Notes: generated from the sequence alone by a model not told the origin. A DNA stretch of 64,000 nt from the human T2T-CHM13v2.0 reference genome, Homo sapiens (GCF_009914755.1 NC_060933.1); one strand, 5' to 3'. Shown: positions 30,011 through 43,077, numbered from the stretch's first letter. Made by a program: numbers and translations.

Positions 30011-31069
30011 TTCCTTTTCAATCAGTGCCCATTCCTTCTTAAAGCAGACCAACTAAATTTGGAAATTTAATCTTATCTGGTGTTCTGCTAGCCTTAACAC
30101 TACCTCAGACAGATCCATAGCAAGATTTTGTTGGAGATGAAAAAAACAAGTAATGCTAAGAAAAACTACATAGAATTCCATCAGTCTCTCCTTGTATCAC
30201 TCCCTTCTCCCCAGCCTATGCTTAATATCATCATTAGGATACAGAAGATAACATAGAAAATTCAGACCTCCTTCTTATCTCAAAGAGGACAAAAAGTATA
30301 AACAACGCCTCAACCTAAGACAGACAAATAATTCCCCAGAAATTTTGGAAAGAAAGTTACGGAGTCACAAACAACAAATCAAAATAGAATGAAAATAGTG
30401 TACAACCATCAATAAAGAAAACTGAAGAAAATATAACTCAGTAAACGAAATAGTACATTTAATGATTACTTCAGGCTATAAAATCTTAAAATGAATTAAA
30501 CAAAACAAATTAATGACATAAGATTAAAAAACAACAGGATTAAATGAATTAAATGATAAGTACCTAGGAAAATAAACTGAGAGCCAAAAACAGTATCATT
30601 AAAGACACAAGTAATAAAGCAGAAACAGTAAAGAAATAAGTAGCCATTACTAAAAACCTAAGTGTGGGCATAAGGGAAAACTGCAAAAATTATGGTCTCA
30701 CAAGACAAAGAAACTAAAATAATTAGAGATTCAAAATTCATTAAAGTTAATATCCTGCTAACTTGTTGTAGCATAAAATGAAGTTCGGATTTATAAGGTT
30801 TTAGGAAAATTCTTTAATTCCAGACAATGATAACTCACTACTATAAAATATAATATTTTGTAGCATGTAACAAGTTTTTAAAGTTACCAGCAGGGTAAAT
30901 AGTCTGAGTCCTTTATAATATGCTAATTGACAATTTCATAAAAGTCCCCAAATGTAGATAAAGTGGGTCATGGGTTTAACTTGGGTGTGGCTGACTGAGA
31001 AATCAGCAGAGAAGAGCAGGAGACAACTTTAGATATCGATGGCAAAAAAGCAGAAGGGAAAAGACATAA

Positions 31070-31438
31070 TCAGGGCTGTACTGCCTCTGGAGGCTCTGGG
31101 GAAGAATCCATTCCTTCCCTGTTTGTAGCTTTTGGTGGCTCCAGGTGCACTTTGGAGTTTCTTGGCTTGTGGTCACATGGCTCCAATATCTGCTTCATCT
31201 TCACGTTGCTTCTCTTCTGTGTGTTTGTGTGTCTTTACTTTTTATGTTTCTTCCAAGGATATTTATATTGGATTTAGGGTCCACCATATAATCCAGAATC
31301 CAGAATTACCTCATCTCAGAGCCCTGAAGTTAATGATATCTTTGAAGACCTATTAAAAAATAATAAAGTAGCATTCATTAGTCAGAGAGATTAGGATGTG
31401 AATATATCTTTTTAGGGGAAACCATTCAGTTCAGTACA
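31070..31438 (-). mobile_element. MLT1 (B/C-like) MaLR LTR, partial
   Basis: CAGGGCTG..CCTCTGGAGGCTCTGGGGAAGAATCC..ATTGGATTTAGGGTCCACC..GATTAGGATGTGAATATATCTTTT. Confidence 0.75.
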
Positions 31439-31774
31439 CTGGAGAAAATATTATTTAAATAAATCTCTACTGTTGTACACAAAATGTCAAAAATACTAAT
31501 TGGGGCTTGCTCTGGGGAAAAAAAGTCCATGAAAGATGTATAAGTTACCATTTGCTATTTCTTTCTAATATATGTAGACTCTGCTGAAGTTTATGCACAC
31601 TATTAATTGCATTTTAATACCTTCAGTTGGTTGTATTATTTTTCATTTTAATATTTTGTCCAAAATTTATAGTAGTTGCAGGTGGAAGGGTTTATTTGAC
31701 AGGCGTTGTTCCTTCATTACATAAAGCCAAAAATCCCAAAATCCATTTAACTTGACTCTCTTGCTGTCCAAATA

Positions 31775-31915
31775 TTAGTCTGTCTGAAAAGACTATCAGC
31801 AGCCCCTCGGAGCTTGCAACAAAAACAGAACCTCAGTGTCCATTCCAGGCTGACTGAAACAAAGTCTGCATTTTCACCAGATCACCAATTGATTCTTGGC
31901 ATATTAAACTTTAAT
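31775..31915. mobile_element. MER5A-like hAT fragment
   Basis: ATCAGCAGCCCCTCGGAGCTTG..CAGAACCTCAG..TCTGCATTTTCACCAGATC. Confidence 0.55.
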
Positions 31916-32982
31916 TGCTATTATTAACTAAAATATACTGTCTCCTTAGCACTTACACACACATACCCTATATAAGAGTCATTATGATTTTCCATATCTC
32001 TTAACAATAGGAAAATATCTATGTGTGTTTGTGCCAGGAAGAGTGAGAAAAATTTAGAATATTGGAAACAAAATTTGGGTCATACAGATTATATAGTGTT
32101 TGTTGTCAAAGAGTGATTTGAACTAATTACGTGTGTCCATCAACTTTTTAAATGTTCTCCTAATTATGTATCATTTTGAATGTTTTAAGATTTTTGTTAC
32201 AAACATATTAAAGAAGCAAAATTAACTATTTTTTGTGATTTTTACTATTATTACTATTACTTTTACTATTATTGTATTACTAGTATTGTTAGTATTATAC
32301 CATCATTACTTCTAGAATGTTTAATCTAGAAACAATCGTAGAATGACTTTATTGACTGTATTATATAGTTCATAAAGTAATATTGAACTTTAAAAATGCA
32401 ACTGTGATTTTACTTCTATTTATCTTTAGAACTACATACTTGCATATATAAAGTTATATGCATATATTTCACTTGATACAGTGTAAAAATTGTATAACAT
32501 CATGGTATATCAAGTCCTTCTCCAATTTATACTTTTTATTGTAATCTTTTCACTCAAAAATCAATAACCTTCTTGCTTACACTTGGTTTTGAAACAAAAC
32601 ATTATTGTGTGTCTTTTCCTTCTATCTTATTCCAGATTACAGATAAGATGAAAATTACTACTGCATGGCTCATGTCAAAACTCTATGACTCTGAGTTATT
32701 CGTAGCCAAATTATGTGTAAGGCTAGTCCCACTACAACCAAGTATGTGCTAAAATCTTAAGGTCTTCAGAAATTAAGATGAATGTTATGCCCTAAAGGAA
32801 ATCAATTGCTGATTATTTAATTTGGGTAGCTCCTTTGCAGATTTATTATGGGCAGTGAAAAAACTAAAACTAGAATAATGGTACATTTAGGAATGAGCAT
32901 CTGCTTAAGTAGAAATAGTTTGGGGAGGACAAAGAATATATAAATATATATCCCCTTTGTATCTTCACAAAACACATTTAAT

Positions 32983-33140
32983 TATTTGATTTTAATTTTC
33001 ATGTATCTATCTGTATATCTGTATCTGCACCTATAATTTATCTATCATCTATCTATCTATCTATCTATCATCTATCTATCTATCTATATATCTATCTATG
33101 TATTTAGCTAGCTAGCTATCTGTCATTACTTTGGGGAGGG
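32983..33140 (+). repeat. Left arm of a local inverted repeat containing (TATC)n
   Basis: Reverse complement of 34389-34518, including unique flanks. Confidence 0.9.
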
Positions 33141-34388
33141 GTCATTACTCATGTTAAAAAATGTTTTTTGAAGAAAGTCTTTAACCCTTATTTTTCTAGA
33201 AGGGTGATTATCTTTAAAATAGAGAGGTAAATGTCAATGTGATTTATAAGATGTGTGAGAAAGTAATTACAACAGAGGTTAATTGACATTTATGGAATTG
33301 TACTGACATATATAAACTTTCAGAAAAGCCAGGGTATATTTTACCAAACACAGCCAACTCCCTTTCTATCTTTATTTACACTGCAGACAGAAGTCTATGC
33401 ACATACTCACACAAATAGACACAAACATCATTTCATTTCTCAAAGTGTGAATATTGGTTTTGTTTTTATTGGTTTGGTAGTTTTACTGATTTTCATAATG
33501 AAATGTTATACTTATATATAAATAATAGAAATGATTCTTTCAAAGAGTGTTGAATAGTTTCTTTCTTGTAGCTTCTTTCATTCTACAGTTGCTGCTTCAG
33601 AATTCTTCTATTATCTTTAAGCTTCTCCAACAAACCCTTTTATGTTTCAAAATTTGATGAGGCACTGGTGCCTGGACATGGCTTACCTGCACACTAGATC
33701 TTATTTTTGCTTACTTTTTCTAGATTTCTTTCCTTTCAGTATTTATGGATTAAATAGTATGAAATTTGGTATTTACTTTAAAATAACAGCTGAGAGCAAG
33801 AGAGAGGAGGAAGCATAGGATATGATGATGAAACAAGATTAACCATATGTTGAAAACTTGAAACTAGGTTAGAGAAATATAGAAGTTTCTTATATTATAC
33901 TTTATACTTGTATTTATAAGTGTATTTTAATAGAAAATTTAAAAATATCTACTTGGTAATCTGCATTCTCTTCTACATCTCCTACTGTCTTCTTCTTCCT
34001 GGATATATTCCTTTCTTCAGTCAACCCCATCTTATTCATAAATAATTTGTATATATTTTACTTACAAAATACATCCCAAATGTAATCACTTATTACTATC
34101 TTAACTGGAAAAATTCATCAAGGCTTCTCTTCTTAAATGGTAACATTAGCATTAAAATATTTTCTATTATTACCAATCTTAAAAAAATTGAGCATCCCAG
34201 TACTTAGTACTTAGTACTTATTCAAGATGCTCTTTTCTTTTCTGTCTATATTAGAAGTTGCTGATTTGGAATATATATATGTATATATATATGCACACAC
34301 ATATAATATTTTATATTATATACTATATATTTTATATTTTATACATTATATTATATTATAAAATTGTTTTGTGTGTGTATATATATAT

Positions 34389-34518
34389 CCCTCCCCAAAG
34401 TAATGAGAGATATCTTGCTAGCTAAATACATAGATAGATAGATAGACAGATAGGTAGATAGATAGATAGATAAACTATAGGTATAGCTACAGATATACAT
34501 GAAAATTCAAATCAAATA
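34389..34518 (-). repeat. Right arm of the local inverted repeat containing (GATA)n
   Basis: CCCTCCCCAAAGTAATGA..GCTAGCTAAATACATAGATAG..TACATGAAAATTCAAATCAAATA mirrors the left arm. Confidence 0.9.
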
Positions 34519-34689
34519 TATATGCATATATATTACATATACACATATAAAAATATATATATATGTATGTATAGCTTGAGACTTGGTATTCAAATGGCTT
34601 ATTTTCTTGTTTTTGCCACATGGATGACTTCCAAATTTGGAGTCTTATGTCATGAGTTGATTTCTTATTTTGCGCTTATAAAAACATAC

Positions 34690-35895
34690 GTGCAAATTCT
34701 CTGCTACCAACTTCACTCCTGCCTATATTAGTAAATTGTACCATATTATTTCTCCTGTGTCAGTCAAGAAAGCTAAAAATTCATCGATTTGTTCCTTTCT
34801 GTCACTCTGCCCCATCCAATGCATAAGTCAATTGTATATATTTTACTTACGAAGTACATCCCAGTTTCTATTTTAACTGCCAATATTCTATTCTAAGATT
34901 TTTTATAAAATACCTAGATTATTTTTACAGTCTCTGAACTGGATGCTAGTCTTGGATCATACCTACGCTTCCAATTTATTTTCTTCACAGTTGACCTAAA
35001 TTAGTTTTTGTTTGTTTGCTTGCTTGCTTAAATGTAAAATACAAAAGTTAAGTTATATCAATAATTACAATTCTTCAATGGCTTCTCATTGCACTTAGGA
35101 TAAAATGCAAATTCCTTAATGATATCCTCAAGGTTTTGGATGCTCTGGTTCACAATTACCTCTGTGACTTTTGGCTCTCACTCATCTCTGTTAACAAACA
35201 AATTTGAGCCAATTAACTTTTGTTTGTTTTTATATCCTCAAATATGTCAACCTCTTCCTATTTCAGAACATTTTGCTTTACTGTTCCCAAATTCCTAGAA
35301 AAGTATTTCATTCTACTGTTTAAATGATTATATTTATATTAACCTTCTCATCTTAGTTTAAATGGTAACTTTTCAGAATTGTTTTGTCTATCTTATCTAA
35401 AATAATTCCCCTCATAAACGCTTTTTTACAAAAACTGTTTCCTTAACTACACTGCAGTTTAAAATAGTTCACTCAACTCATTACTCGGTTTCCCATGCCT
35501 CCCTTTCTAAATTGTAACCTTTATGAGGCAGACATATTTTTATATAGTGCCTAGAACATTACCTAATGGCTTGTATCCCAGCACTTTGGGAGACCAAGAC
35601 AGAATTATCACTTCATCCCAGGAGTTCAAGACCAGCATGGGCCAAAAAGTAAGTCCCTGTCTCTAAAAAATTAGAAAATAAAGAAATAAAGTAGTTGAGC
35701 ATAGTGGTGCATGCCTGTAGTCCCAGCTACCCAGGAGGCTGAGGTGGGAGAATCAATTGAGCTGGTGAACAGAGCTGCAGTAAGCTATGATCACACCACT
35801 GCACTCCAGCCTGAGTGACAAAGTGAAACCCAGTCTCTGAAAAATAAAATAATAATTTATGTATAATTAATCTTTAATGTATTTGTTGAGAAAAT
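34690..35895 (+). mobile_element. L2 3' fragment interrupted by an AluJ
   Basis: CTTCAATGGCTTCTCATTGCACTTAGGATAAAATGCAAATTCCTTA, TGTAACCTTTATGAGGCAG, ATAGTGCCTAGAACA, ATTTGTTGA. Confidence 0.7.
35567..35853 (+). mobile_element. AluJ (diverged)
   Basis: CCCAGGAGTTCAAGACCAGC, GAGGTGGGAGAATC, GCTGCAGTAAGCTATGATCACACCACTG J-type features. Confidence 0.85.
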
Positions 35896-36009
35896 GCCAA
35901 AAATCTTAGATTTCCGTTTCCAGGAAATAAAATTATTAGAGAACATTTCAATATTTATCTGGGTGGTAATCAATATGCAGTATAAGCTCATCTAAGGAAT
36001 AAGCTTACA

Positions 36010-36335
36010 TTTTCAAATATATATTTATATATATTGAAATTTATATTTAAATATTTAAATTAAATAAATGTATTTGAATATTTAAATTAAATAAATATAT
36101 AAATATATAAATACATAAATATATAAATATATAAATACACAAATATTTATATACAAATATATAAATACATAAATATATAAATGTTTATAGATAAATACTT
36201 AAATATATAAATGTTTATTTATACATAAATACATATATAAATGTTTATTTATACATAAATACATAAATATATAAATGTTTATATAGAAATAAACATTTAT
36301 ATATTTATGTAAATAAATATAAATATATTTTTCTT
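36010..36335. repeat. AT-rich minisatellite ending in a perfect palindrome
   Basis: Units like ACATAAATATATAAATGTTTAT; inverted arms 36260-36282 and 36289-36311. Confidence 0.85.
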
Positions 36336-36599
36336 TATAAAAACAGAAACTATTTTTAAAAATGTACTTGCAAATTTTATATTAAGATAAAATGATCACT
36401 TTAATCAGCTGCACTAATAGGTTCTTTAGGAGTAAAGAGGAATTTTTTAAAATCAAATTTCTGGCATTTACATCGGAAAGTGGTTTAAGTTTTTTTTTTT
36501 TGATATGGTGGCTTGTGTTATCCAGAAAGGTAGAATGGATGTGAACACTACCGTTACCTATAGAACTTTATAGTTCACAAATTGATTTTTACACACATT

Positions 36600-36826
36600 A
36601 ACTATTATATTTCATAATATAAGACATTATATAATATAACATATTATATATTACATATTATAATAATGTGTATAATATATCATAATATAACATATATTTA
36701 TAGATAATTAACATAATTATAATTATAACATATTATAACATTATATTATATAGCATATGTTATATAATATATAATATAATATAAAATATTATGTTTTATA
36801 ATATAAAATAATAAAAAAATTTTTTT
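36600..36826. repeat. (TA/TAA)-rich low-complexity tract
   Basis: Nearly pure A/T. Confidence 0.85.
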
Positions 36827-37663
36827 TTCTTATGGATCAAGAATTTCACTTTGAAAGAGTTTTAATGACTTGACCATGTTCACAGAATTGGTACATAATA
36901 GAGACATGTCACGAGTAAATGTGAATGCCTTAAAAATGGGCAAAAGATTACTAGTAGTCCTTTTAATAAGGTGTTGGGTTTTTTCAAGCATTTTTTTTTA
37001 CTTAACCTAATTCTATAAAATCTACAATGCTCATTCTCCTTGACTACAACTCTACAAGCTGTAGGACACCAAAGATAATGCACACTTTTGTTGTCCATAG
37101 AAATGCAAATGACAGGTAGAAATAGAATTGTTTTCTACCCACTTGAAAAGTCAATTTCAAAAATTGTGTTTTACACCCTTATAGATCTTAAATATTTTGC
37201 ATCTGTTGGCAAATGCATTTGGCATTCCTGATTGTCTATATATGTGTTTGCTCTTCAGACTCTCCTTTCAACAGACTATGACATTTTCTTAGTTTCCTCA
37301 CTAATTTATGTGTTACGTAGAAGATTTCATAGGTAATAATAATAAAAATGTCATACATTTACCTTTTTAAAAATTACCCCTAGGAGACAGCACACAAATT
37401 CTAAGTGTCTGACTAGTGATTTTTTTTTTGCTTTTCCCATTCATACCATAGTTACTTGTCAGTGTGAGTTGTTTTTATTAGGGATTCTGCCTAAATATAG
37501 GGAACTTCATTTGGAAAGGATTCAATACGGCAGGAGAGAGAACAGAGAACAATCCTTTTGATGCCTGCCAAACATGTTTTGTTTAAATTCCCCTTTGTGT
37601 ATGAATAATTCCTGATATTCCTTACACTCAGCTAATCATACTTTGTCAGAATCTTTTGGGAAC

Positions 37664-38348
37664 TGTTATAGGTAGACAGACAGGCATGAGTGGGACAGGT
37701 GAGGGCTCTCCCCCTTCCCACTAGAAATGTCTAGTGATAGTTTGGCAGTTATCGTATTGCTTCTCTAAAAATGATAATTGGGCAGCCAGAAGAGATAATC
37801 TCCTGATGATACACATCTCTTAACATAAAAAATGTTAACTGAATGCAGACCCCAGAGAGAAGCAGCTTCCTGGGCACTCACATTAAGAGACAAAAATGGC
37901 AAAGTATGATCTTCCGGGTACACTCCACTGGAAAAAAAGGAAGAAAGCCTCAGATGAGCATGCATGTAACTCCCTAAACACACTGAGTGTGCTCAATCCC
38001 CAAGGGTAAGGAAGGCACTGCACATGAGAAAGCCCACCTTAAGGGAAGAATCATAGGAAAGTGGAGAGCCTATGAAGTCCCAGGATCAAGGTTAAACGTA
38101 GCTTTGTCTCTCTCTTTGACCTTCAGGTACCCACTTGGATCTTTTTCAAGCACACATTCCTTTCTTTCCTGTTCTAAAGCCTTTTTAATAAACTTCCATT
38201 CCTGCTCTGAAACTTGCCTCCGTCTCTTTTTCTGCTTTATGCCTCTCAGTCAAATTCTTCTGAGGAGACAAGGAATGAAGTTGCTACGGACCCTTACGGA
38301 TACGCTGCTGGTACCTCAGGGTGATCCGGATCTCTTCCACCACTAACA
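37664..38348 (+). mobile_element. Solo ERV1 LTR, MER50-like
   Basis: TGTTA...TAACA termini; CTCTAAAAATGATAATTGGGCAGCC; AATAAA ~38187; TSD GGAAC at 37659-37663 and 38349-38353. Confidence 0.8.
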
Positions 38349-38566
38349 GGAACCAAGTGCTTTTATAGTGTGAATGTCACAGATTTAAAATGTATCGCCA
38401 GCATTGACAATTATCTGACTAGCGTCTAGAATTGATCATGAAATACGGCATGCCTTATCAAGCAGCTTTTAAGAATGTAGCCCTTGGGACTCCAAACAAG
38501 AAGTAAAATTCTTTAAGATTTAGTCACTTTAAGATTTAGTCACACCTTTGGAGAGAGAGGCTATCT

Positions 38567-38619
38567 ACAGCTTGGTGCAAAAGTAATTGCAAAAAAAGTA
38601 ATTTCCACCAAACCTAAAT
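38567..38619. mobile_element. Internally deleted MADE1 (Hsmar1-derived MITE)
   Basis: TTGGTGCAAAAGTAATTGC ... CACCAAACCTAA. Confidence 0.7.
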
Positions 38620-38904
38620 AGTTATGACTGAGACTAATCCCATTTTGATGACACAGGACTTCCCCATGTCTTTAAAAAGCTCATTCATTTGTGATTTGGA
38701 GTATTTATGTATTACCCATTCAAGTTCATTAAAGACCTTCCAGATTCTTTAGATCCTAGTCGCATCAATGATGCTTGCTGCTTGGAAATCCACTTAGAAG
38801 CAATGCATCACTGTTCCCGTGGACAAAGCCTACCATCACAAGAAGGATGTAGTAGCAAACACCAGTTTTCTGAATTACCCTAACTGCAGGATAACAGAAG
38901 TAGC

Positions 38905-39213
38905 TTTTTGTTGTTGTTGTTGTTGTTTTCTTGAAACATGATCTTGCTCTGTCGCCCAGGCTGGAGTGCAGTGGCACGATCTCAACTCACTGCAACTTCC
39001 ACCCACTGGCTCAAGGGACCCTCCCACCTCAGCCCCCTGAGTAGCTGGGACTATAGGTGCATGCCACCATGCCCTGCTAATTTTTGTATTTTTTGTACAG
39101 GCAGGGTTTCACTATGTTGCCCAGGCTGATCTTGAACTCCTGGGCCCAAGAAATGAGACAACCTCAGCCTCCCAAAGTGCTGGGATTACATGCAAAAGCC
39201 ATGGCACCTGGAC
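38905..39213 (-). mobile_element. AluJ with (TTG)n tail
   Basis: Antisense Alu with CTCCCACCTCAGCC, GTTGCCCAGGCTG, CTCCTGGGC J-type features. Confidence 0.88.
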
Positions 39214-39651
39214 ATGAAGAGTCTTTTTTTCACTGTGATTTTTACTAGACTTAAACTGTGCTGATTTCCATTACTAAGGGGATAGAATAAGCTTCTCTTC
39301 TGTTCTGTGTTGCATTTTGTCACTTGAATATCCGAGTGGGCCAGTCAAATCTGTGATTTTAAAATAACTCATGTAGGAGCTAATAAAATTGCTTTTTTAT
39401 AAGGGATTGAGAGGAAGACTACTGAGGGATTGCCATTATAAGATTCAAATAATATATGCCCACCATTCTATTGTTGCCCTGTCCATTCTCCCTACCTCAC
39501 CCTTATCCTTCACTTGACAAACCTTATGCTCACTATGCACCCTTTTCCTAATCAGATCAACCCACGCAGATGTGCATGAATGATTTGATGCTCAGGAAGG
39601 CCTCATATTCTTCATAAGTATTCATGGTCATTTCCTAAGGAGCTTTGCTGA

Positions 39652-40045
39652 AACGGTTTCCTATGGTGCCATAACAAATTACCACACACTGGTGATTTAA
39701 AATAACCCAAATTTATTTATTTTCTCCTATTTCTAGAAGCCAGAAGCAAAAACAAACTAAAGTATTGACAGGACCAGGCTCCCTTTGGAGGCTCTACCAT
39801 AAAATCTGTTTCGTTACCTTTTCCATCTTCTAGAGTTGCATTATTTGCATGCCTTTGCCCATGGTTCATTTCTTCATCTTCAAAGCCAGCAACATAGTTT
39901 CCATTATCTCCTCTCCCTTTGTGTCATATTCATATTTTTCTTTCTTAATTATATCTGCAAATTTACTTTTGCCATATAAGGTAACAGTCACAGGACCCAG
40001 GTATTAGTACCCGGATATCTTTGGAGTTCATTTTACTTGCTTACC
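39652..40045 (-). mobile_element. MLT1 MaLR LTR
   Basis: GTTTCCTATGGTGCCATAACAAATTACCAC..GGAGGCTCTA..TTGCCATATAAGGTAACAGTCACAGG. Confidence 0.75.
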
Positions 40046-40846
40046 TTTCACTACTGTCATTGTTGCTGCCAAATCATCAGACAACAAATTATCAAACCCT
40101 TGTCAGTGCTTTCATGCAAACACATCCAGAGGGGATTAAATGTAAAGTTAAGGAAGTGAAAATTAACAGCAAAAACTAATAAAATGGAAGTATCACATAC
40201 TACCAACAATATATTAATTAAAAATTATGCTAAACAAATATAATATTTTTCATTTCTCAATAAAGAGAACACAATATGTCAAAATGAAAAAAAAATTTTA
40301 ATTGCTAAAAAATAAGATGTCAATCAATATTTCAAAAGAACAAGCAGAAATTTACAATATTTTCAGAATGCCGGGGGAAAAATATGTGAATCAGAAATAG
40401 CAGATAATGAACAAAAGTTTGACACATTACACACAAAGCAAAATTGACCATGGTCCCAGAAATAACTGCTGAGAAAAATAGAAGTTCATATGCAAAGTTA
40501 CATAAGAGCTGAGAAATGAATTCAGTGAAAACAACAGATGAAGATATGTTAGCACAATGCTTATTTAAAAAAAAACTTTATCTGGAGACTTATTCAGAAA
40601 TAGAAGGATATAAAAGAGATTACATAAACTTATATAGACTTTAAACTTTCACAAAACATTGAATTGAATCTTCCAGTATTTCTATTAAATAGGAAAATAT
40701 TTTCTCTAGAATTCTTGGCAGAACCACTAAACCTCATGTTAAAAGCATTTGCTAATATTTACGGAAGGTTAGCAAAAGACTGTTGAAGCAACTAAATCTT
40801 AAAACTTTCACATTATATATTAAAATATGATATTTCATTGCAATTT

Positions 40847-41270
40847 GTATTTATACATTAACCTGTTTTGAGACTTGCTATAACAAAATACCACCAGCTG
40901 GGTAGCTTAAGCATTAGAAATTCACTGTCTCAAAGTTCCAGAGGCTGGGGGTCTAAAATCAAGGTATCAGCAGGGTTGGTTCCTTCTAAGGACAATGAGA
41001 GGAAATTTTTGCCACGTGTCTCCCTTAGCTTCCAGGAGCCTCAGGCATTCCTTGGTATGTGAATAATATGCTTCCCGTGTCTTAACATCTTATTCGCTCT
41101 ATTCATGTCTGCCTCTGTATCCAAAATTCTTTTTTTTACATTGTTGTGAGGTTTTCTAATGACCTCATTTTAACTTAATCATCTTCAAGGACCTTATTTC
41201 CAAATAAGGTCAAATGTACAAGTATAGGGTAAAGGACTCCAACATCTTTGTTGGACACAATTCATTTATT
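40847..41270 (-). mobile_element. MLT1A/B MaLR LTR
   Basis: GCTATAACAAAATACCAC..AAATCAAGGTATCAGCAGGGTTGGTTCCTTCT..TAATGACCTCATTTTAACTTAAT..TTTCCAAATAAGGTCA. Confidence 0.8.
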
Positions 41271-43077
41271 CATTTGTTTGGACATCAGCCAGTTTTCACT
41301 AACAGAGAAGTCATCAAAGCCGAGATTTTGATAAAAATTACGGAGGAAAATATTAAAACTGAGAAAAAATGTTTTCAGTCCTTTCTCCCAAGAATTGGGA
41401 TAGGACCAAGATTAATCTATTCTAAGCAGTGAGATAAAACAGTCTAGCTTATTAAAAATATAAATTTTAAAGCAATTTTATTTTGACGGAATGATGTTTT
41501 TTAAGCTAGAATGCATTAAGATGGATTTCAAGTGTTAATGATAAACAAAGCCACAAACTAAACTACAAAGGTTTATCTATGCACATAGACTCATATATAC
41601 ATGATTTGATTAAGACACATTTTCTTTTCATTATTTCACAAATTTCACTTGAGAAAAGGGGTAAAAATTCTAATCCAGTTTTTAAGACTTTTTAACCAAA
41701 ACTTTTCTCTAACATTTTTATGGATGTTAAACATTTTTGTTTAAATAATATTTTAAAAATTATTGTGATAATGCTGGAGATTTCTTTTGTATTTTACAGT
41801 TTCCCCTGCTGTACAATTCTCCTCAATCTCTCTTCATATTATGCCTCCCAAATCAGCTACCTTCCCTACCTTCAATTGAGAATCCAATTGTCTGACCCCA
41901 GTGTAGCTCTCAGGTCACTCTTATGGACTCAATAGTTTGTGCTTTCCTACATTATCAGACAACCTCAATATCTTATTTCTTAGAGATTATAAGTTTATAC
42001 TATTCAAGCCACTGACTTTTTGAAAATCAAAATTTGCAATTATTTCCCGAGGTCCCATAAATAGGGCAAAAACTTCACATTTTCTTTCTCAGGCTCTAGG
42101 CTCTATACAACACTTTGCCATTTGGTCATGAATTGATTCTTTTAATATTTAACTGATGTTTACTTGGTGCATATTGTTGGTTATGTATTGTTCCAGTTGG
42201 TTCTATTTCTTGCTTCCAGAGAGATAATTGAAACATAAGCACATTCAAATCCCAGGATTGCAACACCAGACCTGCTCAATTTTGATAGCTAGGGTGCAGT
42301 TCGCTTTTGGGGGTGATCACCTACATTTACAGGTGAGCTTGTATAATCCACTGCTCTATTCTAAATCAAAGCAGGAAGGCATATTCTGCATTAAAGCAGA
42401 GCAATGGATTTTAAGAGCTCACTTTTAAGTGGTGGCAATTTTAGACAGGAAGACATAAATTCAAGGACTATAAGTTATTGAATAGGCCACACTTGTGCAA
42501 CAACACAGCAACCATACAGATAGATATCAATGATACATATACTGTGTTAGATCTGGGGAAATGTCCTGCAACTAGCAGGTCCGAGCACTGGATTGGGTGC
42601 TATTAACCATTTCATGCTGTTTAGATATTCCTGAACAAAAGATCATGATTTCATCATCTTTTTCATAATGGCCTTTATAGGACACAACAAAAATAAATGC
42701 TTAGAAATCCTACCCCAGGAAAGTATGATCAATAAAAGATATTCAATCCTCTATAATTTTAAAGATCATGAATCCTTTGGTGTACAAATTTTTGAGTAAC
42801 TAATGTAAGATCATCTCAGGGCTAAATAAAGGAGACAGAGTGTCCAAACTAAGTTACTTGTGGTGAAAGAGTCCTCACAAAGGCAGGCAGTGTGTCAGCA
42901 TAACTGAAATAAATAAAATCCTTTAGGTTTTTCTTGTGAATTATCTGTAATTTAATTTTTAAAATTTATTCTATGTGTGCGCTTACCATGAAAAGTGCTC
43001 ATCACTTTGTTAGCACTTGCTATTATTGCATATAAAATGAGTGGCTATAATATTATATAATAATTGATATTGGCTAC

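Noticed and set aside
37987-38346. 119-aa ORF
   Set aside because: Lies wholly within the MER50-like LTR; no recognisable protein motif.
40060-40830. A-rich stretch resembling a decayed LINE coding region (a similar one at 30180-30740)
   Set aside because: Could not assign a family or motif with confidence.
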